DNA of 64,000 nt from assembly GCA_964514975.1 (NCBI GenBank), contig CAZESS010000002.1, positions 32,001 through 96,000 on the forward strand. Direction: 5' to 3'. This document shows, piece by piece, positions 38,478 through 50,097 of the stretch; position 1 is the first letter of the stretch, and each line of letters opens with the position of its first letter. The notes below the pieces were generated by a model that ran no database searches, was not told where the DNA came from, and worked only from the letters and a program-made list of their open reading frames with translations. This DNA is from an uncultured Thermoplasmatales archaeon. Its GTDB lineage: Archaea; Thermoplasmatota; E2; UBA202; DSCA01. The translations under genes were made by a program, and so were the position numbers.

Positions 38478-40661
38478 ATGCAGTACGATTTATTGTTGAA
38501 ACGACCGAAGCTGACCATCATAATTTTTACGCTTCTAACCCTGGTTATCTCTACCCAGGCGCTCGACGTCGTCATCTCATCTGACATCGAGCTATATATG
38601 CCCTCCGACCAGCCGACGGTCGAGACGCTCAACCAGATACGGAAGGAATGGCCCGTGGACAACGTGGTCATCTATGTAAGCGCCGATAACATCACCGACG
38701 TGTCGACTCTCAAGGAGATCGATGCCGTTGAACGGGCGCTTGACCCCGCCGACAGCGAGTCCATCGAGTACACGGCGAGTATCGCATCTTTTTTACGTGA
38801 CACCAACGCCATTTTTCCCATTGTCGGCGGCAATATGATCCCCGACCGGCAGGCGCAGGTCGACCTCCTCCTCAGGTTTATCCCGGAGGAACTGAAGGAC
38901 AACTTCGTGACGCCGGATAACAAGCACGCGGTCATCATCGTCGCCACCGAAAAAGGCGTCGACGCGGATCAGTTACTCGAAGAAAACGTGTACCCCATAC
39001 TGGGGACGACGTCCGAGACGGAGATGACCGCGACGGGCACCATCACCATGTACAAGGAAACCGTGGACTGGGTGATGAACCGCATCTATCCCGTCGTCCT
39101 GGTTTCCGGTCTGCTGCTGGTGCTCACCATTCTCGCCTTCCATCGGAGCATGAAGGCCGTGCTCATATCGCTCGCGCCGATCGCCTACGCCATCGGCCTG
39201 ACCTTCGGGACCATCGGGATGATGCCCGTCCAGTTTGCGCCCACGGTCATCGCGGTTATCCCGCTGCTGGCAGCCCTGGGCATTGCCTACTCGCTCCACA
39301 TGGTCAACCATTATGCCGAGAAGGTGGAGGAGACATCGCCGGAGGAGGCCCTCCGTCACATCATCGGGACGACCGGCAAGGCGGTATTGCTGTCGGCGGT
39401 GACCACCATTGTGGGTTTTGCGTCGCTGCTGTCGTCGACGATGCCCCCCATCGAGAACATGGGCCTCGCGTTTCTCATCGGCGTGCTCTACTGTTTCATC
39501 GCCACCATGGTGATGGTGCCGGCACTGCTGGTCATTTCCAACTACCGGCAGAAGGGCATCCGGGGCTGGGATTCGTTCTCGCAGCTGGTCAGATACCGGA
39601 AACACATTTTGCTGCTGTTCGTCGTGCTGACCGCGCTCTCCATCGCGGCGCTTCCCAGCGTGTCCCCGAAGACGTCTATCTATGAGATGATGCCCGGCGA
39701 GATGCCGAGCAGCAAGGCGATGCATGACTATTCGGAGGATTTCGACAGCGGACAGATGGGCGTCGTCGAGATAGAGACGGGGCCCGAGGGTGTCCTTGAG
39801 CCGTCGTTTCTCCGGGAGCTTGAGTCGATGGAGAAGGCGATAAACGTGGGGATAAAAAATGCTTCGGCATATTCCATCGTGGACGTCGTCAAGCGGCTCA
39901 ACCTGGGCACCATCCCCGCCACCAAGGAGGAGGTCAAAAACCTCATCGAAAACAAGCTCGGCCCGAAATACCGGACGATGATGCTCAGCGACGGCTACAA
40001 CAAGACCCTGGTCTACGTCAACATGCCCGTCATCCCGGTGGACGAAACACGGAGGGCGGTCGACGGCGTCAACCAGATCCTCGGGCAGTACGACGCCAAG
40101 ATAGACGGCAGCGTGACCTCGCTCGCCGGCCTCAGCTCCGTGACCGTAGAGATAAACGGCATGCTGATGGAGCAACAGTTCCGGTTCATGTTCCTGTCGC
40201 TGCTGCTGGTGTTCACCTGTCTGCTGCTCGTCTTCCGATCGTTTAAATATGCGACGGTTACCTTCGTGCCCATCCTCATCATCCTGGTCTGGCAGCCCGG
40301 GGCGCTCGTGCTCACCGGAACGCCGCTCAACGTGGCGACCATCATGGTGTCATCGGTCGCCATCGGCGCCGGCATCGATTTCTCGGTGCACATCACGGAG
40401 CGGCTGCGCGACGAGCTCAAGCAACGGTCGCCGCTGGAGGCCGTCAAGGTCGCTATTGCACGGAAAAGCCCGCCGTTGCTTGAAACCACGCTGGCGCTCA
40501 TCGCCGGCGGCATCCCCGTCGCGCTGATGGAATACGAGCTGGTGACCCAGTTCATCGTGCTCGTGCTGCTGATGCTGGTATTCGCCTGTATCGCTGCGTT
40601 GCTCGGCCTGGCGGCCATCTATGCATACAAAAACGGAGCATGGCTGGAGCGCTGGCCCTAA
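38478..40661 (+). CDS. MMPL/RND (HAE3-like) transporter
   Basis: Duplicated 1+5 TM layout, GKAVLLSAVTTIVGFASL, IGAGIDFSVHI. Confidence 0.88.
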   Translation: MQYDLLLKRPKLTIIIFTLLTLVISTQALDVVISSDIELYMPSDQPTVETLNQIRKEWPVDNVVIYVSADNITDVSTLKEIDAVERALDPADSESIEYTASIASFLRDTNAIFPIVGGNMIPDRQAQVDLLLRFIPEELKDNFVTPDNKHAVIIVATEKGVDADQLLEENVYPILGTTSETEMTATGTITMYKETVDWVMNRIYPVVLVSGLLLVLTILAFHRSMKAVLISLAPIAYAIGLTFGTIGMMPVQFAPTVIAVIPLLAALGIAYSLHMVNHYAEKVEETSPEEALRHIIGTTGKAVLLSAVTTIVGFASLLSSTMPPIENMGLAFLIGVLYCFIATMVMVPALLVISNYRQKGIRGWDSFSQLVRYRKHILLLFVVLTALSIAALPSVSPKTSIYEMMPGEMPSSKAMHDYSEDFDSGQMGVVEIETGPEGVLEPSFLRELESMEKAINVGIKNASAYSIVDVVKRLNLGTIPATKEEVKNLIENKLGPKYRTMMLSDGYNKTLVYVNMPVIPVDETRRAVDGVNQILGQYDAKIDGSVTSLAGLSSVTVEINGMLMEQQFRFMFLSLLLVFTCLLLVFRSFKYATVTFVPILIILVWQPGALVLTGTPLNVATIMVSSVAIGAGIDFSVHITERLRDELKQRSPLEAVKVAIARKSPPLLETTLALIAGGIPVALMEYELVTQFIVLVLLMLVFACIAALLGLAAIYAYKNGAWLERWP

Positions 40662-42055
40662 CCGTAGCTCTCGAGCTTTTTCTGGAAGCGATAGGTTTCC
40701 CCTTCGATGTCAACAGGGTATTCCCCGGTGACGCATCCCAGGCAGAGGTCATGCCTGGCATAGCCGGTCGCCCTGAGCAGCCCCTCTATGGACAGATATC
40801 CGAGGCTGTCAGCGCCGATGGTCTCCCTGATTGCAGGCACGGTTTTATCGGCGGCGATAAGCTGCGCCCGGTCGGTCATGTCGATGCCGAAATAGCAGGG
40901 TGCGACGATGGGCGGCGAGCCGATGCGAACGTGTACCTCCGCTGCGCCGCGCTGCCGGAGGATGTCCACCATCTGCCGCATCGTCGTCCCGCGGACGATG
41001 GAGTCATCGACGAGCACCACCCGCCGGTCGGACACGATGCTCCGGACTGGGTTCATCTTCAGGAGCACGTAGTGTTCCCTGAGACGCTGCGACGGCATGA
41101 TGAACGTCCGGCCGATATACCGGTTTTTCATCAATCCCTCGGCGAGCTGTATGTCGGCGGCATGCGCATAGCCATATGCATGGGCACGCCCCGAATCGGG
41201 CACGGGAACGACGATGTCCGCCTCGACGGGATGCTCAGCGGCGAGCTGTGCCCCAATCCGTTTCCGGGCCTGGTAGACATCCTTGCCGTCGATGACAGAA
41301 TCGGCACGGGAAAAATAGACGTATTCGAAGAAACAATGACCTGTGTGACGTGCGCCGATGAGCCGATGACCCACATATGTTTCGGGTGTTATCTCGACGA
41401 GCTCTCCGGGCCGGACGTCACGGATGAACCGGGCGCCGAGCGCGTCCAGCGCCACGCTTTCCGACGAGATGATGTAGCCGTCATTGAGCTCGCCGATGCA
41501 GAGCGGCCGGACGCCGAGCGGGTCACGCAGCCCGAACACCCGGTCGTTGTACATGATGGCCAGCGAATAGGACCCCTCCAGCCGTTTCATCACATACTTG
41601 ACAGCCTTTTCGAAGCCGGTGTCCTTCAACTGGTCGGAGAGCATGAAGGCGATGGATTCCTCCTCGCTCCCCATGGAAAAGGTGTGACCCTGGTCCATGA
41701 GCTCACGGCGGAGCGCATCGGCGTTGGTGATGATACCGTTGTGGGCGAGCGCGATGTCGCCGCTTGATGTGTGCACCAGCGTGGGCTGCGCGTTTTCCGG
41801 TGTTGACAGCTCGATTGAATAATACACGTGGGCGATGCCCCGCTGGCCATGGATGGAGCCGACGTCGATGTCCTTGAACGCCTCGTTCACCAGCCCGAGG
41901 CCGCGATGGCATCGGATTCGCTGCTCGTCTGGCTGATAGGATGCGATGCCGGCTGCCTCCTGACCGCGGTGCTGCAGCGCGTTGAGCATAAAATACAGGT
42001 CGGACGCTACATCATGGTCCGCCGCGGCCGCTGCAACGCCGCATCGCTCCCTCAT
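40658..42055 (-). CDS. purF: amidophosphoribosyltransferase
   Basis: CG N-terminus, [34 protein letters not shown]. Confidence 0.96.
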   Translation of the reverse strand: MRERCGVAAAAADHDVASDLYFMLNALQHRGQEAAGIASYQPDEQRIRCHRGLGLVNEAFKDIDVGSIHGQRGIAHVYYSIELSTPENAQPTLVHTSSGDIALAHNGIITNADALRRELMDQGHTFSMGSEEESIAFMLSDQLKDTGFEKAVKYVMKRLEGSYSLAIMYNDRVFGLRDPLGVRPLCIGELNDGYIISSESVALDALGARFIRDVRPGELVEITPETYVGHRLIGARHTGHCFFEYVYFSRADSVIDGKDVYQARKRIGAQLAAEHPVEADIVVPVPDSGRAHAYGYAHAADIQLAEGLMKNRYIGRTFIMPSQRLREHYVLLKMNPVRSIVSDRRVVLVDDSIVRGTTMRQMVDILRQRGAAEVHVRIGSPPIVAPCYFGIDMTDRAQLIAADKTVPAIRETIGADSLGYLSIEGLLRATGYARHDLCLGCVTGEYPVDIEGETYRFQKKLESYG

Positions 42056-42207
42056 TTTTTCCAGTTGTAGTCGCGTCTCTTGCTGGATTTGCCGAAACCG
42101 CAGGCGGCGCAGACCTTCTTGCGGACGTGGTAGGCATGCTTGCCGCAGCGCCTGCAGACGATGTGGGTTGTGCCGCCGCCAGACTTTGATGGTGTTCCCT
42201 TGCTCAT
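42052..42207 (-). CDS. rpl37e: 50S ribosomal protein L37e
   Basis: MSKGTPS...[19 protein letters not shown]. Confidence 0.96.
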   Translation of the reverse strand: MSKGTPSKSGGGTTHIVCRRCGKHAYHVRKKVCAACGFGKSSKRRDYNWKK

Positions 42208-42211
42208 GGTA

Positions 42212-42427
42212 TCACGGTGAGATGTACACGATGTTGTCCCCTCGCACGATGACCCTTTCCAGGTCGCGCTGTTTTTCGCCGTATTCCAGCTCCTCGGCGC
42301 TGGTGAGGACGAGGTTGAGATGTGGATGGTCGTAACCGTCGAGCACACCGCGGTATTCACGGCCGCCGCGGAGCTCCACGATGACCCGTTTGCCGATGCT
42401 GCCGTGGACCATCTCGAGGGGTTTCAT
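42212..42427 (-). CDS. lsm: Sm-like (Lsm/SmAP) RNA-binding protein
   Basis: [23 protein letters not shown]; conserved lsm-rpl37e pairing. Confidence 0.95.
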   Translation of the reverse strand: MKPLEMVHGSIGKRVIVELRGGREYRGVLDGYDHPHLNLVLTSAEELEYGEKQRDLERVIVRGDNIVYISP

Positions 42428-42486
42428 TGGTAGGGTATGAAAGCGAGCTACTTAAATCTTTGCCGCCCTGTCAGGGGTTGGGGGGC

Positions 42487-42510
42487 AAAAAAACCGGGCG
42501 GCTCTCCCGG
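42487..42510 (-). terminator. hairpin + T7 putative terminator
   Basis: Minus strand CCGGG-agagccg-CCCGG-TTTTTTT. Confidence 0.45.
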
Positions 42511-42738
42511 GTGTACTGTGGGGACAATGCCGGGGCCAGCGGCGCCATGTAAACGTTTGCTCCATAGATGCTATAGCCTCTATAGCCGTATGCCGGAAAA
42601 CGTTAATATCCAGCGATGCACGGCGAGAGAGAAGGGCAGGGCGGGTGGACAAGAAGAGGTATCCCAGTATGCGCTGTGGCATATATCCCTGCCCCGGGTG
42701 TATATGCGGCGGGGATTCATTAATATTGCGCCATCCGA

Positions 42739-42806
42739 TGCTGGAGGTGGGAATCGAACCCACCTGTGCCATCGGGCAGACGACGGGGATTGCTGCCCGC
42801 TCCAGC
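42739..42806 (-). ncRNA. tRNA-like RNA (acceptor stem + T-arm; one hairpin replaces D and anticodon arms)
   Basis: GCUGGAG-CGGGCAG-CAAUCCCCGUCGU-CUGCCCG-AUGGCACAG-GUGGG-UUCGAUU-CCCAC-CUCCAGC-A. Confidence 0.65.
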
Positions 42807-42884
42807 AGCAATACCATGCCCGGATGTTAAAAAATGTTGCGATGGGCACGTATTTTTATAAACCACCTGGTGTTATATGCAGGT

Positions 42885-43016
42885 ATGACAACCTGTCCAG
42901 GCTGCAACACGGACAATCCCGCCGGGGCGAAGTTCTGCATGGAATGCGGGACGCCGTTACCGCAGAAAAAGACGTGCGGTGATGAATCATGGGATGAAAG
43001 CGCGGGTGGCCCGTAG
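42885..43016 (+). pseudogene. zinc-ribbon N-terminal fragment
   Basis: MTTCPGCNTDNPAGAKFCMECGTPL..KTC, then an early stop. Confidence 0.6.
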
Positions 43017-43152
43017 CGCCCCTGCTTTCGGGATGTGCTGATGATTCATTGTATGACGGCGCATGCTAGATGACGGAGGTCGTGTAGTTGCTGTATGCAC
43101 TTTGTAGGGATGGCCGGAATATTTATATATTAAATTAACAATTGTTTATTAA

Positions 43153-43556
43153 ATGAGTAATGGCACGCAGCGTATCATCCTCCTCATCGAAGACGACCCG
43201 GCCATCCAGGAACTCCTCGACATGCAATTCACATCGCTCAACGTCAAACTATACCGGGCACAGGGCGGCCTCGAAGGAGTACAGCGCTACCGGGAGCTGC
43301 ACGCCGCGCTGGCAAACGACCCGACCTGGTCATCATGGACATCAAACTGCCGGCCATGAACGGCATCGAAGCAACCAAAAAAATAAAAGAAATAGACGAC
43401 AGCGCCGTCATCTACGGGTTCACCGCCTTCGCCTCCGTCAAAGGCAAAGAACTCCGGCAGGCGGGCGCCCAAAAAGTCATCCCCCGCACCCATGGGTTCA
43501 AGGCGCTCCGGGACATCGTCATCTCCTCTATCCACGCCCGACCACCGTCAACATGA
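43153..43556 (+). pseudogene. single-domain response regulator, frameshifted near 43305
   Basis: ILLIEDD...GLEG in one frame; GKRPDLVIMDIKLPAMNGIEAT...FTA in another. Confidence 0.8.
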
Positions 43557-43839
43557 TGTCGCGGCGCTATTGCTGCATACCTATTTCGCTTTTTCCCGGT
43601 TCTCCATTCCGAGCATGTAGCCGCCCAGACCCCTCAGCCAAAAAAGAATCGAATACGCCACCCACCGCTCGGTTCCCCCGCCACCTCTATATGTTTCTGC
43701 ATAAACGAGCGGAGCTTTTCATGCATGGTGCCGGCCCTCTTCTTATGTTATAGCCATATTATCTGCAAACCTTATGTCCTCGGGACAAAAATACAACATA
43801 CCGGCCCTTGGATACAGCGGCATGGGAAGCAAAAAATAG

Positions 43840-43970
43840 TGCTCCCGTCGGGATTCGAACCCGAGTCCTCGGCTCGCTCCGAACCTTTTTTGGATGTGAA
43901 GCACCTTTTCTAAAGGGGCGCAAGGGTTCTCGAGAGGCCGAGATGATTAACCGGACTACACTACGGGAGC
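43840..43970 (-). tRNA. tRNA-Glu (CTC) with a 56-nt intron at 37/38 (43875-43930)
   Basis: GCTCCCG...CGGGAGC-A; TCGGC-CTCTCG|intron|A-GCCGA; bulge-helix-bulge with CTCT/GGAG helix and CGA bulges. Confidence 0.92.
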
Positions 43971-44012
43971 AGTCCACCCCCGTAATACGTTGTACTTTTT
44001 ATCATTTTTGCA

Positions 44013-44213
44013 CTAGCCGCCCGAGGCCACCCGGACGACCTTCACCATCGTGCCGTCAGGCAGCCGCTCCGTGTGCGGCACCGGCTCGTCGTCGACAACC
44101 AGGATCGCCTGCTCCGCGGTCAAATCAAGTCGTGCAAGGAGGTCGGTACCCGTGGCATCGTCGTCGAGACACAGGTCATGTCGCTCGCGCTGCATCGTCA
44201 CCGTGACATACAT
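44013..44213 (-). CDS. ThiS/MoaD/SAMP family ubiquitin-like protein
   Basis: 66 aa beta-grasp pattern, C-terminal SGG. Confidence 0.88.
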   Translation of the reverse strand: MYVTVTMQRERHDLCLDDDATGTDLLARLDLTAEQAILVVDDEPVPHTERLPDGTMVKVVRVASGG

Positions 44214-44253
44214 CGATACACCTAAAAACACCCCTCCTATATACGTTTCGCAC

Positions 44254-44340
44254 GCTGAGGTGGCCGAGTCCGGACCAAGGCGGTAGCCTCGAGAGCTACT
44301 GGGCCATTGGCCCTCGCAGGTTCAAATCCTGCCCTCAGCG
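44254..44340 (+). tRNA. tRNA-Ser (CGA)
   Basis: GCTGAGG...CCTCAGC-G; GTAGC-CTCGAGA-GCTAC; long variable arm; T-run downstream. Confidence 0.95.
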
Positions 44341-44436
44341 CTTTTTTTCTCTGTTGCTGGGAGAAAACACAAAAATTGTTGCACGAGCACAAAATTGCTT
44401 GCAAAAAACAAACTTTTATATATATTCTCTTGATTG

Positions 44437-46668
44437 ATGGCTGTGAGTGGTGGCACCCCCAGTATCCGGGAGGTACTTGAAGAGCTTAGAGACACCTTTG
44501 ACAGGCTCGACACCGCGGTCGCCGCCCGGGAAACCCTGCTTGACAGCGGCATCCAGTTTACCATCAGCCGGACGGGCACGTTCACTACGCTCCGCCGCGC
44601 CGATACCACGCTCTCCAGGGAGGGCACCTCGTTTTTATCTGTTATCGCATCCGAGGACAAAAAAAAGGCCGCCCGTCTCTTCATGGGATGCATGGAGGGA
44701 AAACGGGTCCAGGCGACGCTCAGGCTTGTAGGTCCGCCCGGCAGCCAGGTTATCGTGATAGCTGGCCCGACAGGCGACGGCGCGGTCCATGGCATCGCCC
44801 TCGAAAAAGAGCGGCGGCCCGACACCGTGAGCGACGTCATCCATCTGGTTGCTTTGCCATTGGCCGTCACCGATCTTCTGGGCAACATCCTGGCTGTCAA
44901 CGAAGCCTTCGCAGCATTTTTTTCCCGTGACATCGAAACGGCGGCCGGTACAAACCTGCTTGAATACATCGTTTCCGACGACGAGGAAGCAGTCCGTGCC
45001 TGCATAAAAGGCGCTATTGACAACGAGGGGCACCATGTTGCGGCGCGTATGTACATCGACGAGCGGGAGATGTCCGTGGTGGTGGACATGGCACCCGTGG
45101 CGGACAGCGACAGGATGCTCGTCCATGTGGTCAACCTGGAGGACATACGGCCTGCACCTGCCAGGGCCCCTCCGTGGGAGATGGATGAAATGGACGCATT
45201 TTTCGATGCGGCCGCTGCGATGACCGGCCTGGAGGACATGATGTCCCCTGAGACGCTCTATGCCCGGGCGGTGGACCTGGTGCATGCACATCTCGATGTT
45301 GACGACTGCTTCATCGCGGTTGGCAGAGACGGGTCGCTGCGCATCGCCGCCGGCGAGACCGATGTCGACGCGCTGTCCACCGACATGCATTTCGAGGTCC
45401 GGGAAACGCTCGCCGGTACCGAGGAGCAGTACAACCCTGATGCCGGTGGCCGCAGCGAGCTGTATCTCCCGGTTACCGCCGACGGTGTCACGGCCGTTCT
45501 CGTCGTCGTCCGGGATGGCGTGGATGCGTTTTCGCGGCGCGACCGGTTTTTGCTGCATCTGCTGTCCCGACGGCTCGGGGATGCGGTGCGCCAGCACCGG
45601 CAGCGTGTTGCGCTGCAGAAATACGAGGATATCGTCAAGAAGGCGGTCGAGGGCATCTATCGCGCGACGGTCGACGGAGACATCCTGGAGGTGAACCCTG
45701 CCTTTGTGGAGATGTTCGGGTATGATGGCCATGAACGGGAGCTCGAGCAGCTCACGGCGTCTGATTTTTATGCGCAGCCTGATAAACGTGAGACGTTTCT
45801 TCAGCTCATCAGGCGGGAGGGCATCGTCCGTGACTTTGAGACCCGGTATGTGACACGGGACCGAGATACGTTTTATGGCCGTGAGTCTGCGTGGATGGCC
45901 AGCGAGGGCGGCCGGCAGGTTATCGTGGGCATCATCCAGGATATCACCGGGCAGAAAAAAACCGAGGAGGACATCTCGTTTTATAACTCGCTGCTCCGGC
46001 ATGACATCTACAACAAGCACCAGGTCGCCATCGGCTACCTCGGCCTCATCGACGAGGAGCACCTGTCCGATAAGGACACGGAGGCGCTGGCCAAGGCCCG
46101 GGGTGCGATTGATGAGGCAAACAAGCTGATAGAGACCGTTAAAAAGCTTGAGACGGTGAAGGATACCGAGCAGTATATCGCTATAGATCTTGACGATACC
46201 CTCGGGCGCGTGGTCGACCATTATGCCGGCGCCGCCGAGCAGCGTGACATCGACATCCGTCATCCGCCGAGCGGGGCCATGGTTCGGGGCAACGAGCTCC
46301 TGGAGGATGTGTTTTCCAACCTCGTCAAAAATGCCATCCAGCATTCATATGCCGACACCATCGGCATCTATGCCCGGGAGGCGGACGGCGGATGGAACGT
46401 CTACGTCGAGGATGACGGGGTCGGCATCTCGGAGGAGGACAAAAACAAGATTTTTCAGCAGGGATGGAAGGGCCGGAAGAGCACCGGCAGCGGCCTTGGT
46501 CTCTACCTCGTGAAAAAAATCATCGAGGAATGCGGTGGGTCCATCAGGGTTGAAAGCGGGGAGGACGAATACCCGGAGGGTACCCGGTTTGTCATCCATC
46601 TCAAAAAAGGCTCCAGGGGAGGCAACGCGGACGACTGTGACTCGCAGATCATGGGCGTCCACTGGTAA
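44437..46668 (+). CDS. PAS/GAF/PAS sensor histidine kinase
   Basis: LRHDIYN H-box, VFSNLVKNAIQH, VEDDGVGI, GSGLGLYLV. Confidence 0.92.
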   Translation: MAVSGGTPSIREVLEELRDTFDRLDTAVAARETLLDSGIQFTISRTGTFTTLRRADTTLSREGTSFLSVIASEDKKKAARLFMGCMEGKRVQATLRLVGPPGSQVIVIAGPTGDGAVHGIALEKERRPDTVSDVIHLVALPLAVTDLLGNILAVNEAFAAFFSRDIETAAGTNLLEYIVSDDEEAVRACIKGAIDNEGHHVAARMYIDEREMSVVVDMAPVADSDRMLVHVVNLEDIRPAPARAPPWEMDEMDAFFDAAAAMTGLEDMMSPETLYARAVDLVHAHLDVDDCFIAVGRDGSLRIAAGETDVDALSTDMHFEVRETLAGTEEQYNPDAGGRSELYLPVTADGVTAVLVVVRDGVDAFSRRDRFLLHLLSRRLGDAVRQHRQRVALQKYEDIVKKAVEGIYRATVDGDILEVNPAFVEMFGYDGHERELEQLTASDFYAQPDKRETFLQLIRREGIVRDFETRYVTRDRDTFYGRESAWMASEGGRQVIVGIIQDITGQKKTEEDISFYNSLLRHDIYNKHQVAIGYLGLIDEEHLSDKDTEALAKARGAIDEANKLIETVKKLETVKDTEQYIAIDLDDTLGRVVDHYAGAAEQRDIDIRHPPSGAMVRGNELLEDVFSNLVKNAIQHSYADTIGIYAREADGGWNVYVEDDGVGISEEDKNKIFQQGWKGRKSTGSGLGLYLVKKIIEECGGSIRVESGEDEYPEGTRFVIHLKKGSRGGNADDCDSQIMGVHW

Positions 46669-46758
46669 CCCTGGCGCGACGAGCAGGCGTGGCGCCACTG
46701 GCAGTGTGCTTCAAAAACCTTATTTAGGGGTTTGCGTTTCCCCGGTAAGGTGCTCACA

Positions 46759-47142
46759 ATGAAAGACGTGGTCGAAGTCAAAGACTTAAAAGAGGGACGA
46801 TACATACTCATTGACGATGAACCCTGCCGGATTGTCAGCATGACGACGTCCAAGCCTGGCAAGCATGGAGAAGCGAAAGCCCGCATCGAGGCGATCGGCA
46901 TCTTTGACGGCCAGAAGCGAAGCATGGTGAACCCGGTTAGACACAAGGTCAACGTACCGCTCATCGACAAGCGGCGCGGCCAGGTCATCTCAATGCAGGG
47001 CGGAAACGCCCAGCTCATGGACATGGAAACATATGAAACCTTCACCATCGAGGTGCCCAAGGACATGAAGGGAAAACTGGACAACGGACAGGAGGTCCGC
47101 TACCTCCAGGCCATGGGCCGCAAAAAGATAACGCAGGCCTAA
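46759..47142 (+). CDS. eif5a: translation factor aIF5A
   Basis: SKPGKHGEAK hypusine loop. Confidence 0.97.
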   Translation: MKDVVEVKDLKEGRYILIDDEPCRIVSMTTSKPGKHGEAKARIEAIGIFDGQKRSMVNPVRHKVNVPLIDKRRGQVISMQGGNAQLMDMETYETFTIEVPKDMKGKLDNGQEVRYLQAMGRKKITQA

Positions 47143-47165
47143 CACCCCTGCTGCATCACCTCGTT

Positions 47166-49185
<2,020 letters not shown>

Positions 49186-49231
49186 AGGGTAAGTAAGACC
49201 TAGCGCTTAATAAAATTTTTCAAATCTCCGG

Positions 49232-49468
49232 CTATCGCCTTCTGAGCTCCTCGACCTCCTTCTGCAGCTCTATCAGCATCGACATGAACACTGCCTCCAT
49301 GTGGTTGAGCCGCGCCGCCGCATGACCCGCCGAGGCGTGCTGCCGGGCCTTGTGCATGAGCCGGTCATAGTGTTCCTGCTCGGATGGGTCGAGCGCCCGT
49401 CGGTATGGCCGCCATTCCTGCTCGACTTTAAACTGTTTTCGCTGGTAGAGTGGTACTGTCATCCCCAT
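49232..49468 (-). CDS. small helical protein resembling those encoded in archaeal PolB2 operons
   Basis: MG.TVP.Y.......EW..YRRAL...EQE.YDRL...ARQHASA...E.VFMSML.E; family link recalled, not searched. Confidence 0.7.
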   Translation of the reverse strand: MGMTVPLYQRKQFKVEQEWRPYRRALDPSEQEHYDRLMHKARQHASAGHAAARLNHMEAVFMSMLIELQKEVEELRRR

Positions 49469-49629
49469 GCTATCACGCTCATACAACGGCGTGGCAGGTT
49501 AAAAGAGAAGGGAGGGGGCAGCGGGGCTTGTTTTTAAACGTTGCGCCGACCGGCCGTTGTTGGTTCCATGTCGGGGAATCTGTGTACTGGAGCGGTGATG
49601 GAATGGAAAGACGTGGGGAAAAAAGGGGT

Positions 49630-49866
49630 TTATGCCGGTACCCTGCTCAGGATCATGGCACCGGACACCCCGTGTGTGTTTCGTATCGTGTCCATCACCC
49701 GGTGTTCCTCCCGGCTGTCCGCCACATCGAGACGGGCCAGCAGATTGTAGGCGCCGTTGCCCGCAAGGGTGCGGAGGCTGCCTACACCTTGCTGCAGCGA
49801 CAGCGCATGCTGCACCTGCTGCAGCTCTGTCGGTGGAACCCGGAGGAGGGCATATCTCGATGCCAT
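49630..49866 (-). CDS. stand-alone Lrp/AsnC ligand-binding domain protein (divergent)
   Basis: YALLRV...GV......G.YNLLARL...TIRNTHGV. Confidence 0.65.
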   Translation of the reverse strand: MASRYALLRVPPTELQQVQHALSLQQGVGSLRTLAGNGAYNLLARLDVADSREEHRVMDTIRNTHGVSGAMILSRVPA

Positions 49867-50097
49867 GGCACCGCAACCACCCGCCTAAATATATACTTTT
49901 CCGCTTTAAAATATATATGTATATCTAAAATAAATATATTCGATGGTCTTTTTCGGTCGACCCGCACGCAACCAGCCACGGGAGGATGGCATTGACCCCC
50001 ATGCAGCGGTACAGCCACAGTGTCAGCTCCAGTGGACGTGTTTTTCTGTACCCGTAACATTAATTTGGTGGGGGTCGCATTACGTGTGGGTAACAGC

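Noticed and set aside
42739-42764. tRNA-like element as an att duplicate of the nearby tRNA-Glu 3' end, or as tmRNA
   Set aside because: Its stems differ from tRNA-Glu (GTGGG/CCCAC-CTCCAGC vs TCGGG/CCCGA-CGGGAGC), it has its own complementary 5' strand, and it lacks a G3-U70 pair and tag ORF.
49582-50037. Possible replication origin: AT-rich tract near 49885-49942 with GCTCCAGTnnAC motifs at 49582 (-) and 50026 (+)
   Set aside because: Only a partial ORB resemblance, no G-string, no cdc6/orc1 nearby; divergent promoters explain the AT tract.
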